Assembly: GCA_963800275.1 (NCBI GenBank)
Contig: CAWDAI010000006.1
Coordinates: 207,130-271,129 of the forward strand
From: an uncultured Chloroflexia bacterium
GTDB taxonomy: Bacteria > Chloroflexota > Limnocylindria > Limnocylindrales > CSP1-4
DNA length: 64,000 nt
Direction of reading: 5' to 3'
Shown here: positions 55,692 through 64,000 of the stretch, piece after piece
Layout: each line of letters begins with the position of its first letter
How positions within the stretch are numbered: the first letter of the stretch is position 1
The notes under the pieces: model-generated
The model's database searches: none
The model's input: only the letters and a program-made list of their open reading frames with translations
What the model was told of the DNA's origin: nothing
Made by a program: the position numbers and the translations under genes

Positions 55692-56648
55692 ATGATTCGT
55701 CGGGCCATGGAACGGTCATCAGCGCCTCTCGGCAGTGCTCTCGCCACCCTCCAGACCCGCTGGGGCAGTGCTGCCGTCCGGCTGGGTAACGGCAACCCGG
55801 TCGGTGCGGTGGCACCAGCGGATCGGATGGTCGGAGATGCGCCGGCCGTCCATGGCGCCCTCGCCCTCTCGGCGCTCCCGGACTCCCACCCGGGGGCGCC
55901 GCAGCCCATGCCGAACCGGTCCGTCATCTCCACCGGGTTCCCCTTGCTGGATGCGGTCCTCGGACCAGCGGGCCTGCCGGCGGAGGCGAGCGTCGTGGTT
56001 CGCGGCGGGCCCTCCAGCGGCAAGACCACGTTGGCCCTGCGCTGTGTGGCGGAGGCCCAGGCGGACGGGGACATCGTGGTCTGGCTCGACCTGGGCCGAG
56101 CCTTCGATCCGGTGGAGGCGGTCGGCCGCGGCGTGGATCCGCGCTGGTTACTGGTCGTGCGCCCAGCGGATCCCCAGGAGGGCCTGGACCTCGCAGCGGC
56201 CCTGCTGGCAGGCCGTTCCATCGGCCTGTTGGTCGTGGACCTGCCGGCGCGTGCTCGCGGACGGCTCGATGACGGACTGCGCCGCCTCGCGGCCCATGCT
56301 CGGCGGGTAGGCGCACGCTTCATCGCGCTGGAGCCGGACCGGGCGCCTGGCGCGGTGCAGGCCGTGCTGGCGCGCAGCACGGGCCTGCGGCTGGAGTTGG
56401 AGCGGCAGGCATGGCTGCGCCTGGGGCCGGACGTGGTGGGTCAGCGCACGGCCGTGGTCGTGGCCAAGAACCGCTATGGACCACCCGGACAGCGGGTGGA
56501 GCTGGACATCCACTACCTGGCCGATGGCGAACGGGCCCTGGCTGCACACCAGCTGACCACCGACGAGGGCGGGATCGCCGGCGAGCCGATACCCATCCGC
56601 CTGGAGCCGGTGCCACCGTCCCGATCATCACGGCCGGTCCCGGCCTGA
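55692..56648 (+). CDS. imuA: ImuA-like RecA-fold SOS mutagenesis protein
   Basis: FPLLDAVLGPAGLPAEASVVVRGGPSSGKTTLALR (RecA/SulA-like P-loop). Immediately precedes an ImuB-like gene. LexA box upstream. Confidence 0.65.
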   Translation: MIRRAMERSSAPLGSALATLQTRWGSAAVRLGNGNPVGAVAPADRMVGDAPAVHGALALSALPDSHPGAPQPMPNRSVISTGFPLLDAVLGPAGLPAEASVVVRGGPSSGKTTLALRCVAEAQADGDIVVWLDLGRAFDPVEAVGRGVDPRWLLVVRPADPQEGLDLAAALLAGRSIGLLVVDLPARARGRLDDGLRRLAAHARRVGARFIALEPDRAPGAVQAVLARSTGLRLELERQAWLRLGPDVVGQRTAVVVAKNRYGPPGQRVELDIHYLADGERALAAHQLTTDEGGIAGEPIPIRLEPVPPSRSSRPVPA

Positions 56649-56679
56649 CCACCGACCCTCTACCGCCATCGATCGAGCC

Positions 56680-57915
56680 ATGCGCCTGCTGTACCTGGAC
56701 TGGCCGCACCTGCCCATCCGCCTGGCCCTGGGCCACGAGCCCGCACCCGATGAGCCCGTCGTGCTCGGTGGGCGGCCGTGGGACCCGGGCGTGGTGCTCG
56801 ACCGCAGTCCCGCTGCCGGTGCCCTGGGTGTGCGCCGGGGGCAGCCCCTGGGCACGGCCCACAGCCTGGTCCCGGAAGCGCTGTTCCTGCCCCTGGAGCC
56901 GGCCATCCTGGCTGACCCGTTCGAGGCCGCGCTGGAGGCACTGGGTGGCCTCGCCCCGGCAGTGGAAGGGGAGGTCGACCCGGCCGACCCACGGTTCGGT
57001 CAGGTCCTCCTGGGGATCGAGGGCCTGGAGCGGCTGTGGGGTGACGAGGCGGCACTCGTGCGCCGGGCCCTGGCGCTCACCGCACCATTGCTGCCGGGCT
57101 GCCCCCGGACCGGCATCGGCAACACCCGCTTCGGGGCGGCGGTGGCCGCCCGGCTGGGCGCCGGCATCATCCCGCCCGGCGGCCGGCGGGAGGAGGCTGC
57201 CTTCCTGGCGCCACTACCGCTGGGGCTGCTGCCGGTGGACCCGTCCGTCCATGAGCGCCTGCGCGTGCTCGGCCTGGAGACCATGGGTCAGCTGGCCGCG
57301 CTCGACCACGCCGCGGTGGTGGCCCGCTTCGGTTCGGCCGGTGAGTCGATGCACGACCTGGTCCGTGGTCTGGACCGGCGGCCGCTGCGTCCCCGGCGCC
57401 CCCTGGAGCACCTGGTCGCGGACGTGGAGCTGGACCCGCCGGCGAGCGAGCTCGAGCCGCTGCGTTTCGTGCTGCACCACCTATGCGGAACGCTCTGCGC
57501 GCAGTTGTCAGCCCGCGGAGCGGGAGCAGCGCGGGCGACGCTGACGGTGACCCTGGAACGATCAGAGCGAGACCCGGCACCCCGCACGTGGACCTATGGA
57601 CAGGCCTTGCCGGAGCCATCCGCCGCCGCGGAGCTGCTGGAGCGCCTGCTCATGGCCCGCCTGGAGGCGGAGCCGCCATCAGCGCCGGTCGAGCGGCTGG
57701 CCCTACAGCTCGATGGCACGGCGCCGGAGGCGGGCCAGCAACTGGCCCTGTTCGACCGGCAGGGCATACAGGCCGGACGTCTCGAGTGGCAGCTGGCCAG
57801 CCTCGCGGTCCGGTTCGGTCACGATCGCGTGCTGCGAGCGGTCATCGCAGACGCGGACGACCCGGTGGCCGAACGGCGCTTCGGCTGGCAGGACACGGCG
57901 GTGGCCGAGCCGTGA
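56680..57915 (+). CDS. imuB: ImuB (Y-family polymerase-like, SOS mutagenesis accessory)
   Basis: MRLLYLDWPHLPIRLAL...GQPLGTAHSLVPEALFLPLEP N-terminus typical of ImuB/DinB-like fold. Lacks the obvious catalytic acidic triad context. 411 aa. Confidence 0.7.
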   Translation: MRLLYLDWPHLPIRLALGHEPAPDEPVVLGGRPWDPGVVLDRSPAAGALGVRRGQPLGTAHSLVPEALFLPLEPAILADPFEAALEALGGLAPAVEGEVDPADPRFGQVLLGIEGLERLWGDEAALVRRALALTAPLLPGCPRTGIGNTRFGAAVAARLGAGIIPPGGRREEAAFLAPLPLGLLPVDPSVHERLRVLGLETMGQLAALDHAAVVARFGSAGESMHDLVRGLDRRPLRPRRPLEHLVADVELDPPASELEPLRFVLHHLCGTLCAQLSARGAGAARATLTVTLERSERDPAPRTWTYGQALPEPSAAAELLERLLMARLEAEPPSAPVERLALQLDGTAPEAGQQLALFDRQGIQAGRLEWQLASLAVRFGHDRVLRAVIADADDPVAERRFGWQDTAVAEP

Positions 57916-58160
57916 CCCGTTTGCTGGGACAGCATCCACGCATCGAGGTGGAGCTGGATGACCGTGGCTGGCCGGTGGGCCTGCGCTGGCCTGGCGTGCG
58001 CGAGCCCGTCGAGGCCTGCAATCACTGGCGGGTGGAGGAGGCCTGGTGGCGCCGGCCGCTGGTGCGCGACTACTTCAAGGTCGTCGGTCCGCGCGTGCTG
58101 GCGCTGGTCTACCGGGATGCCCTCGATGACACGTGGCACCTGGAACGTCTCTATGACTAA
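57912..58160 (+). CDS. Small hypothetical protein translationally coupled to imuB
   Basis: GTG overlaps the imuB stop (GTGA). 83 aa, VTRLLGQHPRIEVELDDRGWPVGLRWPGVREPVEACNHWRVEEAWWRRPLVRDYFKVVGPRVLALVYRDALDDTWHLERLYD. Protein-like composition unlike surrounding shadow ORFs. Confidence 0.35.
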   Translation: MTRLLGQHPRIEVELDDRGWPVGLRWPGVREPVEACNHWRVEEAWWRRPLVRDYFKVVGPRVLALVYRDALDDTWHLERLYD

Positions 58161-58331
58161 GGAGATGAACGCAACATCACATCCGGGCTACCCACGATCC
58201 TGCCGTACGGCCAGAGCATGCTGGTGGTGTGGTCGCAGATCGCGGGGCTGGTCGCCGCCACCATCGTGGCCTTCGCCGCGGCCTACATCGCCTTCATGCG
58301 CCAGGAGGTGCGTGCCTGATCGGGTCTCGGG

Positions 58332-59231
58332 CTAGTAATCGGAGAGGCGCGGCGGGTTCGCGGGCGGCTGGCGCAGCATGCGTGGCTTGCGCTTGACGTT
58401 CAGGGGCAGCACCACGAGTGGGTCCACGCGCTCCCTCGCGTACCCCGGATAGCCGCGGTCGCGTGCGCTCTCATGGACCTTCATGAGCGGCCCGTCCATG
58501 CGCACCAAGCGGTACCGCATCATCTGCTTCCGCTCGGCCAGGGACATGTAGCCGATGGGCTGGGCAGCCTTGACCTTGTCTCCCGGCTCGACCAGCAGGT
58601 CCTTCAGCTCGGTGTAGACGCTGTAGTAGCCATTGCCGTCATCGATGACGATCCCCAGCGGGAACTGCGGCTTCTTGCTCTTCTTCTTGCTCGGGTCGGC
58701 GAAGTGCTTGTAGACCTCGTCGAGCGGGCTATCGAAGCCGACGTACTCGGCCCAGTCCCTCCCGGCGGCCACGACCACACCCTTGTGGGCGGCCTTGACC
58801 ACGGCGCCCTCGTCCCAGGTGATGAGCAGGCCGTCGTGGATACGCTTGCCATCGACTTCGAAGTCGCCGCGCTCGTCCGGTGCGTAGTAGGTGTGGATTT
58901 CGCCACCCCGGACCGGCCACACGTAGCCCCGCAACTTGTCTGGCGACTTGGAGGTCGGCGGGGCCTCGATCCTGAGCGGTGCCGCCTGCGCCGGATCGAG
59001 TGAGGGGAGAGGGCTCTCGAGGGCGACATCACCGGTCACCGGAGGTTCAGCCTCGGCGTACTGGGGAACGACCATGACGATGGCCAGGACCGCGGCGATG
59101 ACGGCAACCAGAAAACCGCCGGTGATCAGCCCAGAGAGAGCGTCACGGCGCGCAGCGGGGTCTGTTTGCTGGCCCGCTCGCGCCGAGGGCACGGACGTCG
59201 TTCGCAGGCCCCTATCTGCCACTGCCGGCAT
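58332..59231 (-). CDS. Membrane-anchored LytM/M23-like domain protein (probably non-catalytic)
   Basis: Start MPAVADRG at ~59231. One TM helix. C-terminal region with M23-like topology (YVWPVRGGEIHTYY...GIVIDDGNGYYSVYTELKDLLVEPGDKVKAAQPIGYM) but without an HxH motif. Confidence 0.4.
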   Translation of the reverse strand: MPAVADRGLRTTSVPSARAGQQTDPAARRDALSGLITGGFLVAVIAAVLAIVMVVPQYAEAEPPVTGDVALESPLPSLDPAQAAPLRIEAPPTSKSPDKLRGYVWPVRGGEIHTYYAPDERGDFEVDGKRIHDGLLITWDEGAVVKAAHKGVVVAAGRDWAEYVGFDSPLDEVYKHFADPSKKKSKKPQFPLGIVIDDGNGYYSVYTELKDLLVEPGDKVKAAQPIGYMSLAERKQMMRYRLVRMDGPLMKVHESARDRGYPGYARERVDPLVVLPLNVKRKPRMLRQPPANPPRLSDY

Positions 59232-59291
59232 TGTAGCAACTCGCCGCTGTTGACAGGACGCACCAGCGCACGCTGGGGCACTCGAATGCGG

Positions 59292-59307
59292 TAGAACATC
59301 TGTTCTA
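59292..59307. promoter_or_regulatory. Cheo-type LexA (SOS) box in the divergent promoter region of dnaE2 and the M23-like gene
   Basis: TAGAACATCTGTTCTA is a perfect 16-nt palindrome (GAAC-N4-GTTC). Immediately followed by TAATAT, a -10-like hexamer. Confidence 0.65.
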
Positions 59308-59318
59308 ATATCAGGCCG

Positions 59319-62300
59319 GTGACGGCCTTCGCGGAACTTCATTGCCACTCCGATTTCTCGTTCCTCGACGGCGCGTCTCCGGCCGACGACCTGGTGGAGC
59401 GAGCGCTCGAGCTGGGCCTGGCCGGCCTCGCGGTGACCGACCACCAGGGCCTCTATGGCGCGGTCCGTTTCAGCGCCGCCGCGCGTGAAGCCGGCTTGCA
59501 TCCGCTCATCGGCATGGAGATCGAGCTGGTGGACCCGGTCGTGCCCGACCCGGCGCGGATCGTGGTCCCGCCGCGTCGGCCTGCCCGCCGGGCGCCGAGT
59601 CCTCCGCCGGCCGTCGCCACGCGCGGGGCGCCGGGCGTCCGGATCGAGACGCGACGCCTGCGCCCGCCGGGCCATCGGCGCCCACGCCGCGAAGACCTGC
59701 GGGGGGTGCGGCCGCGCGAGCTCGGTCCGCACTTGACACTGCTGGCGCGCGACCAGGCCGGCTACGCCAGCCTCTGTCGTCTGGCCAGCGCGGCCCACCT
59801 CGCCGGCACCAAGGGCGTGCCCCGCTTCAGCCACGAGCTGCTCGAACGACACCGCGAGGGCCTGCTCGTGCTCAGCGGATGTCGCCACGGGGAGCTGTCG
59901 CGACGCCTGCTGGCGGGAGACCGCGAGGGGGCGGCCCGGGCCCTGGAGCGGTTGGCGCGAGTGGTGGCCCGCGACGGGCTCTACGTGGAGTTGCAGCATC
60001 ACCTGCTGCCAGATGACAGCTGGCTGACCGCGGAGCTGGCGCGGCTGGCGCACGAGGCCGGCCTGCCCACGGTCGTGACCAACGGCGCCCACTACGCCCT
60101 GCGCTCGGACCGCGAGCTGCAGGACGTGCTCGTCTGCATCCGCCACGGCGCGGACTCTCGATGGCAGCACGCACCTGCGCCGGCCAATGCCGAGTACGCG
60201 CTCAAGAGCGGTGCTGAGCTGGCGGCACTACCCCCCGGCCGAGACCTCGACCCGCTCGTGCGCCACGCCTGGCTCGACGGCATCAAGCGCAGCGGTGAGA
60301 TCGCCGCGCGCTGCCAGGTCGATCTCGAGTTCGAGCGCTATCGTTTCCCGGGCTTCCCGGTGCCGGGGGGAGAGACGCCGTTCTCCTACCTGGAGCGGCT
60401 CTGCCACGATGGCTGCGCGGCGCGCTACCACCCCATCACGCCGCCGGTGCTCAAGCAGCTGGCCCACGAGCTGGAGGTCATCGAGCGCACCGGCCTGGCC
60501 GAGTTCTTCCTCATCTGCTGGGATCTCATGGGCTTCGCGCGCGATCGGGGCATCCCGGCCCAGGGGCGCGGCAGTGCGGGCGACTCGATCGTGGCGTACG
60601 TACTGGGCATCACGCGTGTCGATCCCATCCGCCATCAGCTGCTCTTCGAGCGCTTCATCAACGAGGGCCGCACCACCTACCCCGACGTGGACATCGACTT
60701 CGCCTCCTCCCGTCGCGAGGAGGTGATCCAGTACGTCTACGAACGCTACGGCCCCGAGCACACGGGCATGGTCTGCAACATCGTCACCTATCGCGCCCGC
60801 TCGGCCGTACGCGAGGTGGGCTACGCACTGGGCTTCCCGCGCCCGCTGGTGGATCGGGTGGCCAAGGCGCTCGAGACCTATGACTCGGTGATGGTGCGGC
60901 GGGACCTGGAGGCGGACGGCGGGTTCGCCGAATTCTTCGCCGAGCCGGGTGGTGGCGGAGAGCGTGCACCGGCTGCTCGACGACATGGGCGAGCTGGCGA
61001 CCAACCGACGCGAGGCTGCTCGGGCACACGCCGTCGCCTGCGCGGCGGGTGCACCACCGACGACGAGGGCGGCCCCGGCGCCAGGCGACACCCCCGCGAG
61101 CGAGCACTATCTGCGCCACGAGCGCGCGGCGCGGCCCTGGCCTCGCTGCGGGAGAGGGTGGCCCCGACAGCACGGCGGCCGGCCCGTAGCGGAGGCGGAG
61201 CGCCGGATCATCCCGACCAGGCGTGGGAGGCGGTCGAACTCGACCCGCTGCCGCCACGCCGTCGCGGCTCCACCCTCGGCCTCTCGCCCTGGGACCGCTG
61301 GCTCGAGCTGTGCGCGCGGATCGACGGCGTCCCCGGCACCTCTCGATCCATGTCGGGGGCATGCTCGTGACGCGCGCGCCGCTCGTGGACATCGCTCCGC
61401 TCGAGCGTGCCACCATGCCCGGGCGCGTGGTGGTCCAGTTCGACAAGCGCGACATCGAGACGATGAAGCTGATCAAACTCGACCTGCTCGGCCTGCGCAT
61501 GCTCAGCGCCATCGATGACGCCCTGCGTGACATCCGCGCCGACTGCGCGGTCGACCTTGACCTGGACCGCCTGCCGGAGGACATCGAAGAGGTCTTCCGC
61601 ATGATCGTCGCGGCGGACACGGTCGGCGTCTTCCAGATCGAGTCACGGGCCCAGATGCAGACGCTGCCCAAGAGCCGGCCCCGGACGCTCGATGACCTGG
61701 TGGTGGAGGTGGCCATCATCCGGCCCGGACCCATCCAGGGCGATGCCGTCCATCCCTACCTGCGCCGCCGGCAGGGGCTCGAGCCGGTGACCTACCTGCA
61801 CCCGTCCCTGGAGCCGATCCTCTCCGAGACGCTGGGCGTGATCCTCTACCAGGAGCAGGTCATGCGCATCGCCATCGATGTGGCCGGCTACAGCGCCGCC
61901 GAGTCCGATGGCTTCCGCCGGGCCATGGGCACGTGGCGCTCGACGCGCGAGATGGAACGGCTCCACCGGGGATTCGTGGATGGCTGCATGGCCACCAGCG
62001 GCCTGACCGGGGCGCAGGCGGAAGAGCTCTTCACCAAGGTCGCGGGTTTCGCCAGCTTCGGCTTCAACAAGAGTCATGCCGCGGCCTTCGCACGCACCGC
62101 CTACGAGTCGGCCTTCCTCAAGCTCTTCTACCCGGCACAGTTCGTGACCGGGCTCATCAACGCCCAGCCGATGGGCTTCTACCCGGTCGAGGTGCTCATC
62201 AACGACGCCAAGCGCCACGGGGTGGCGGTGCTGCCACCGGACGTCAACGCCAGCCGCTTCCGGACCACGACCGAGTGGGTCGGCCTGCCCGGTACGCCAC

Positions 62301-63203
62301 TGCCGACGGGGACCGGGATCGAGGCGCGGCCGGAGGTGGTGGCCTCGTCCGCGGTGGTCGTCCCCGCAGACGAGGCGCGCGAACGGCTCGCAGCCCCGGC
62401 CGCGCGAGGCTACGGCATCCGCCTGGGCCTGGGCCTGGTCAAGGGCATCGGCGAGGCGGAAGGGGAGGCGCTCGATGCGGCGCGCTCCGGGGGCGGGCCG
62501 TTTCGCTCGCTGGCCGACCTGGTGGCCCGAACCGGGCTGGACGAGGAGGTGGTCGAGCGGCTCATCCGGGCGGGTGCGCTCGATCCACTGGGCCAGCCGC
62601 GGCGCGAGGCACTGTGGCAGCTGCGCGAGGTCGCGGGCGCTACCCGCGGTCGGACCGACGGGCGCACGGTCCGGTCGCCACGAGCCGCTGGGCGGCCGCT
62701 GGATATCCGCCTGCCGCCGACGCCGGCGCCCGACCTGCCACCACCGACGGAGCTGGAGCGATTGGGCGATGCCTACGCCATCCTCTCGCTCGACGCGCGC
62801 CACCAGGTCATGGAGCTCTATCGTCCGGCCCTGCAGCAGCTGGGGGCGTGCACGCTGGGAGAGTTGTCGGATCGCCGTCCCGGGCGGGTGGCGATCGGTG
62901 GGCTGGTGGTCACTCGCCAGCACCCCATGACCGCCAAGGGCACGGTCTTCCTCGCGCTGGAGGACGAGACCGGCATGGTCAACGTGACCCTCTGGCCTCG
63001 GACCTGGGGGCGGCTGCGCGGTGTCGTCAGGCGGCACGCGCTGCTCTACGTGGAGGGCCAGCTGCAGGTCGAATTCAGGTGTCATCAACCTGGTGGCGCG
63101 GCAGGTGCGGCCGCTGATCGAGGTCTGTCGTACGGCCGGCGGTCCGGAGCAGCCTCGTGGCGTCCGACAGCTGGGTCACGCCGGCATGCGTCGGCTGGGT
63201 TGA
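59319..63203 (+). CDS. dnaE2: Error-prone DNA polymerase DnaE2/ImuC (PHP + polymerase core), several apparent frameshifts
   Basis: PHP N-terminus MTAFAELHCHSDFSFLDGAS. Polymerase core FDKRDIETMKLIKLDLLGLRMLS. The C-terminus GVINLVARQVRPL is in the frame of ORF 63021..63203. Frame changes near ~60960, ~61130, ~61345 (CCCC run) and ~63075. Confidence 0.7.
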
Positions 63204-63209
63204 ACCGAG

Positions 63210-63917
63210 CTAGCTCTCGCTGGAGGACTTGCTCGAGCCCTTGCGGCGAGCCTCGCGTTCGGCGAACTTCTGCGCGCGCAGGGTCTCGCGATCGGCCCGT
63301 GCCTGCTCCTTGGCCTTGGCCGCCTGCTCGCGATCACGCTGGGCGCGGTTGGCCGCGGCCCGCTCCTGCGAGGAGCGCAGGAAGCGGCGATACCAGGCCG
63401 CGAAGCCGCCCGCGAAGACGCCGATGACGACGCCCAGGCCGAGCGTCTGGATGATCAGGTCCGTGCTGATGGCCGGGACCGTACCGCCGGTCGAGGAGGT
63501 GAGGGCGTCGGTGCTGGTGGGCGCCGCGTCGATGGCGAGCGAGACCACGACCAGGTAGACGATGGCGCTGAGAAGACCGAGTACGCCACCCACGAGGTAC
63601 GAACCACGCGGCGCGAGGAAGCCGCCGATGAAGAAGATGAACAGGCTCGTCGGGTGCAGCGTCAGGCTGATGTAGAGCGTGAGGACGTCCCGGACCGGAT
63701 TCGGCAGGTCGTCGAGCGCGCCATTGACGAGGGCGATCCCCAGGATCAGCGTCAGCGCCAGCAGGCCGAAGGGCAGCCACACCAGCTTGCGACTGAGGAA
63801 GATCTCCGGCAGGTGCCGCAGGTCGTCGCCGACGTTGGGCATCTGGATGACCGATGACCGTTTCTGTGGCTCCTCGGCGACGATGGCTGCCGGCGCTTCA
63901 GCGCCATCGGCGGTCAC
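63210..63917 (-). CDS. Hypothetical membrane protein with basic coiled-coil C-terminus
   Basis: Four TM segments, then ERAAANRAQRDREQAAKAKEQARADRETLRAQKFAEREARRKGSS. Start uncertain (internal ATG at ~63842 possible). Confidence 0.45.
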   Translation of the reverse strand: MTADGAEAPAAIVAEEPQKRSSVIQMPNVGDDLRHLPEIFLSRKLVWLPFGLLALTLILGIALVNGALDDLPNPVRDVLTLYISLTLHPTSLFIFFIGGFLAPRGSYLVGGVLGLLSAIVYLVVVSLAIDAAPTSTDALTSSTGGTVPAISTDLIIQTLGLGVVIGVFAGGFAAWYRRFLRSSQERAAANRAQRDREQAAKAKEQARADRETLRAQKFAEREARRKGSSKSSSES

Positions 63918-64000
63918 GTCGGCCTCACGATCCTCCTCGCGATGGCGGCGCCGAGCCTCGGCTCGACTGGTGTCCTTGGGGCGGATGCGGGTATTCCTGG

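Noticed and set aside
57958-58335. 125-aa + strand ORF (MTVAGRWACAGLAC...)
   Set aside because: Cys/Arg/Trp/Pro-rich shadow translation. An alternative frame (57912..58160) is much more protein-like.
61643-63088. 481-aa - strand ORF
   Set aside because: Antisense to dnaE2. Shadow ORF.

Overview
This ~70% GC bacterial chromosomal window is almost fully coding; the most unusual feature is a one-strand array of nine Tad-type minor-pilin genes. Cheo-type LexA boxes (GAAC-N4-GTTC), frequent GTG starts, many 4-nt stop/start overlaps (ATGA/GTGA) and luciferase-like (LLM) oxidoreductases suggest an Actinobacteria/Chloroflexi-like organism. Positions 1-9.4 kb hold six TadE-like and three TadG-like genes arranged as three tandem TadE-TadE-TadG modules. 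Two of the TadE-like genes carry adhesin-like C-terminal additions: a PKD domain and a Cys-bracketed module behind a Pro/Thr linker. No Flp pilin and no Tad core genes lie in the window. Immediately downstream is an S41 (CtpA-like) peptidase whose lipoprotein signal peptide sits in another reading frame and whose catalytic Ser/Lys appear substituted. The rest contains: a BNR/sialidase-like protein leading an Opp-type family-5 ABC importer operon (minus strand); a sugar ABC uptake locus without ATPase; pyrG, tal, rho, obg, nadD, a racemase, rsfS, holA, yqeK, comEC, comEA and leuS; three tandem LLM oxidoreductases; two tRNA-Ala genes flanking a ~6 kb accessory-looking stretch (Kelch/sortase-like protein with Cys->Ser, heavily frameshifted SPFH pseudogene, beta-helix protein); a tandem pair of SRPBCC proteins; a two-component system; and an SOS mutagenesis cassette imuA-imuB ... 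dnaE2 with two LexA boxes. Several genes (S41 peptidase, oppF-like ATPase, holA, comEC 3' end, SPFH gene, dnaE2) show apparent frameshifts, some at homopolymer runs; these may be assembly indels rather than biology. All coordinates derived by hand carry +/-1-2 nt uncertainty.
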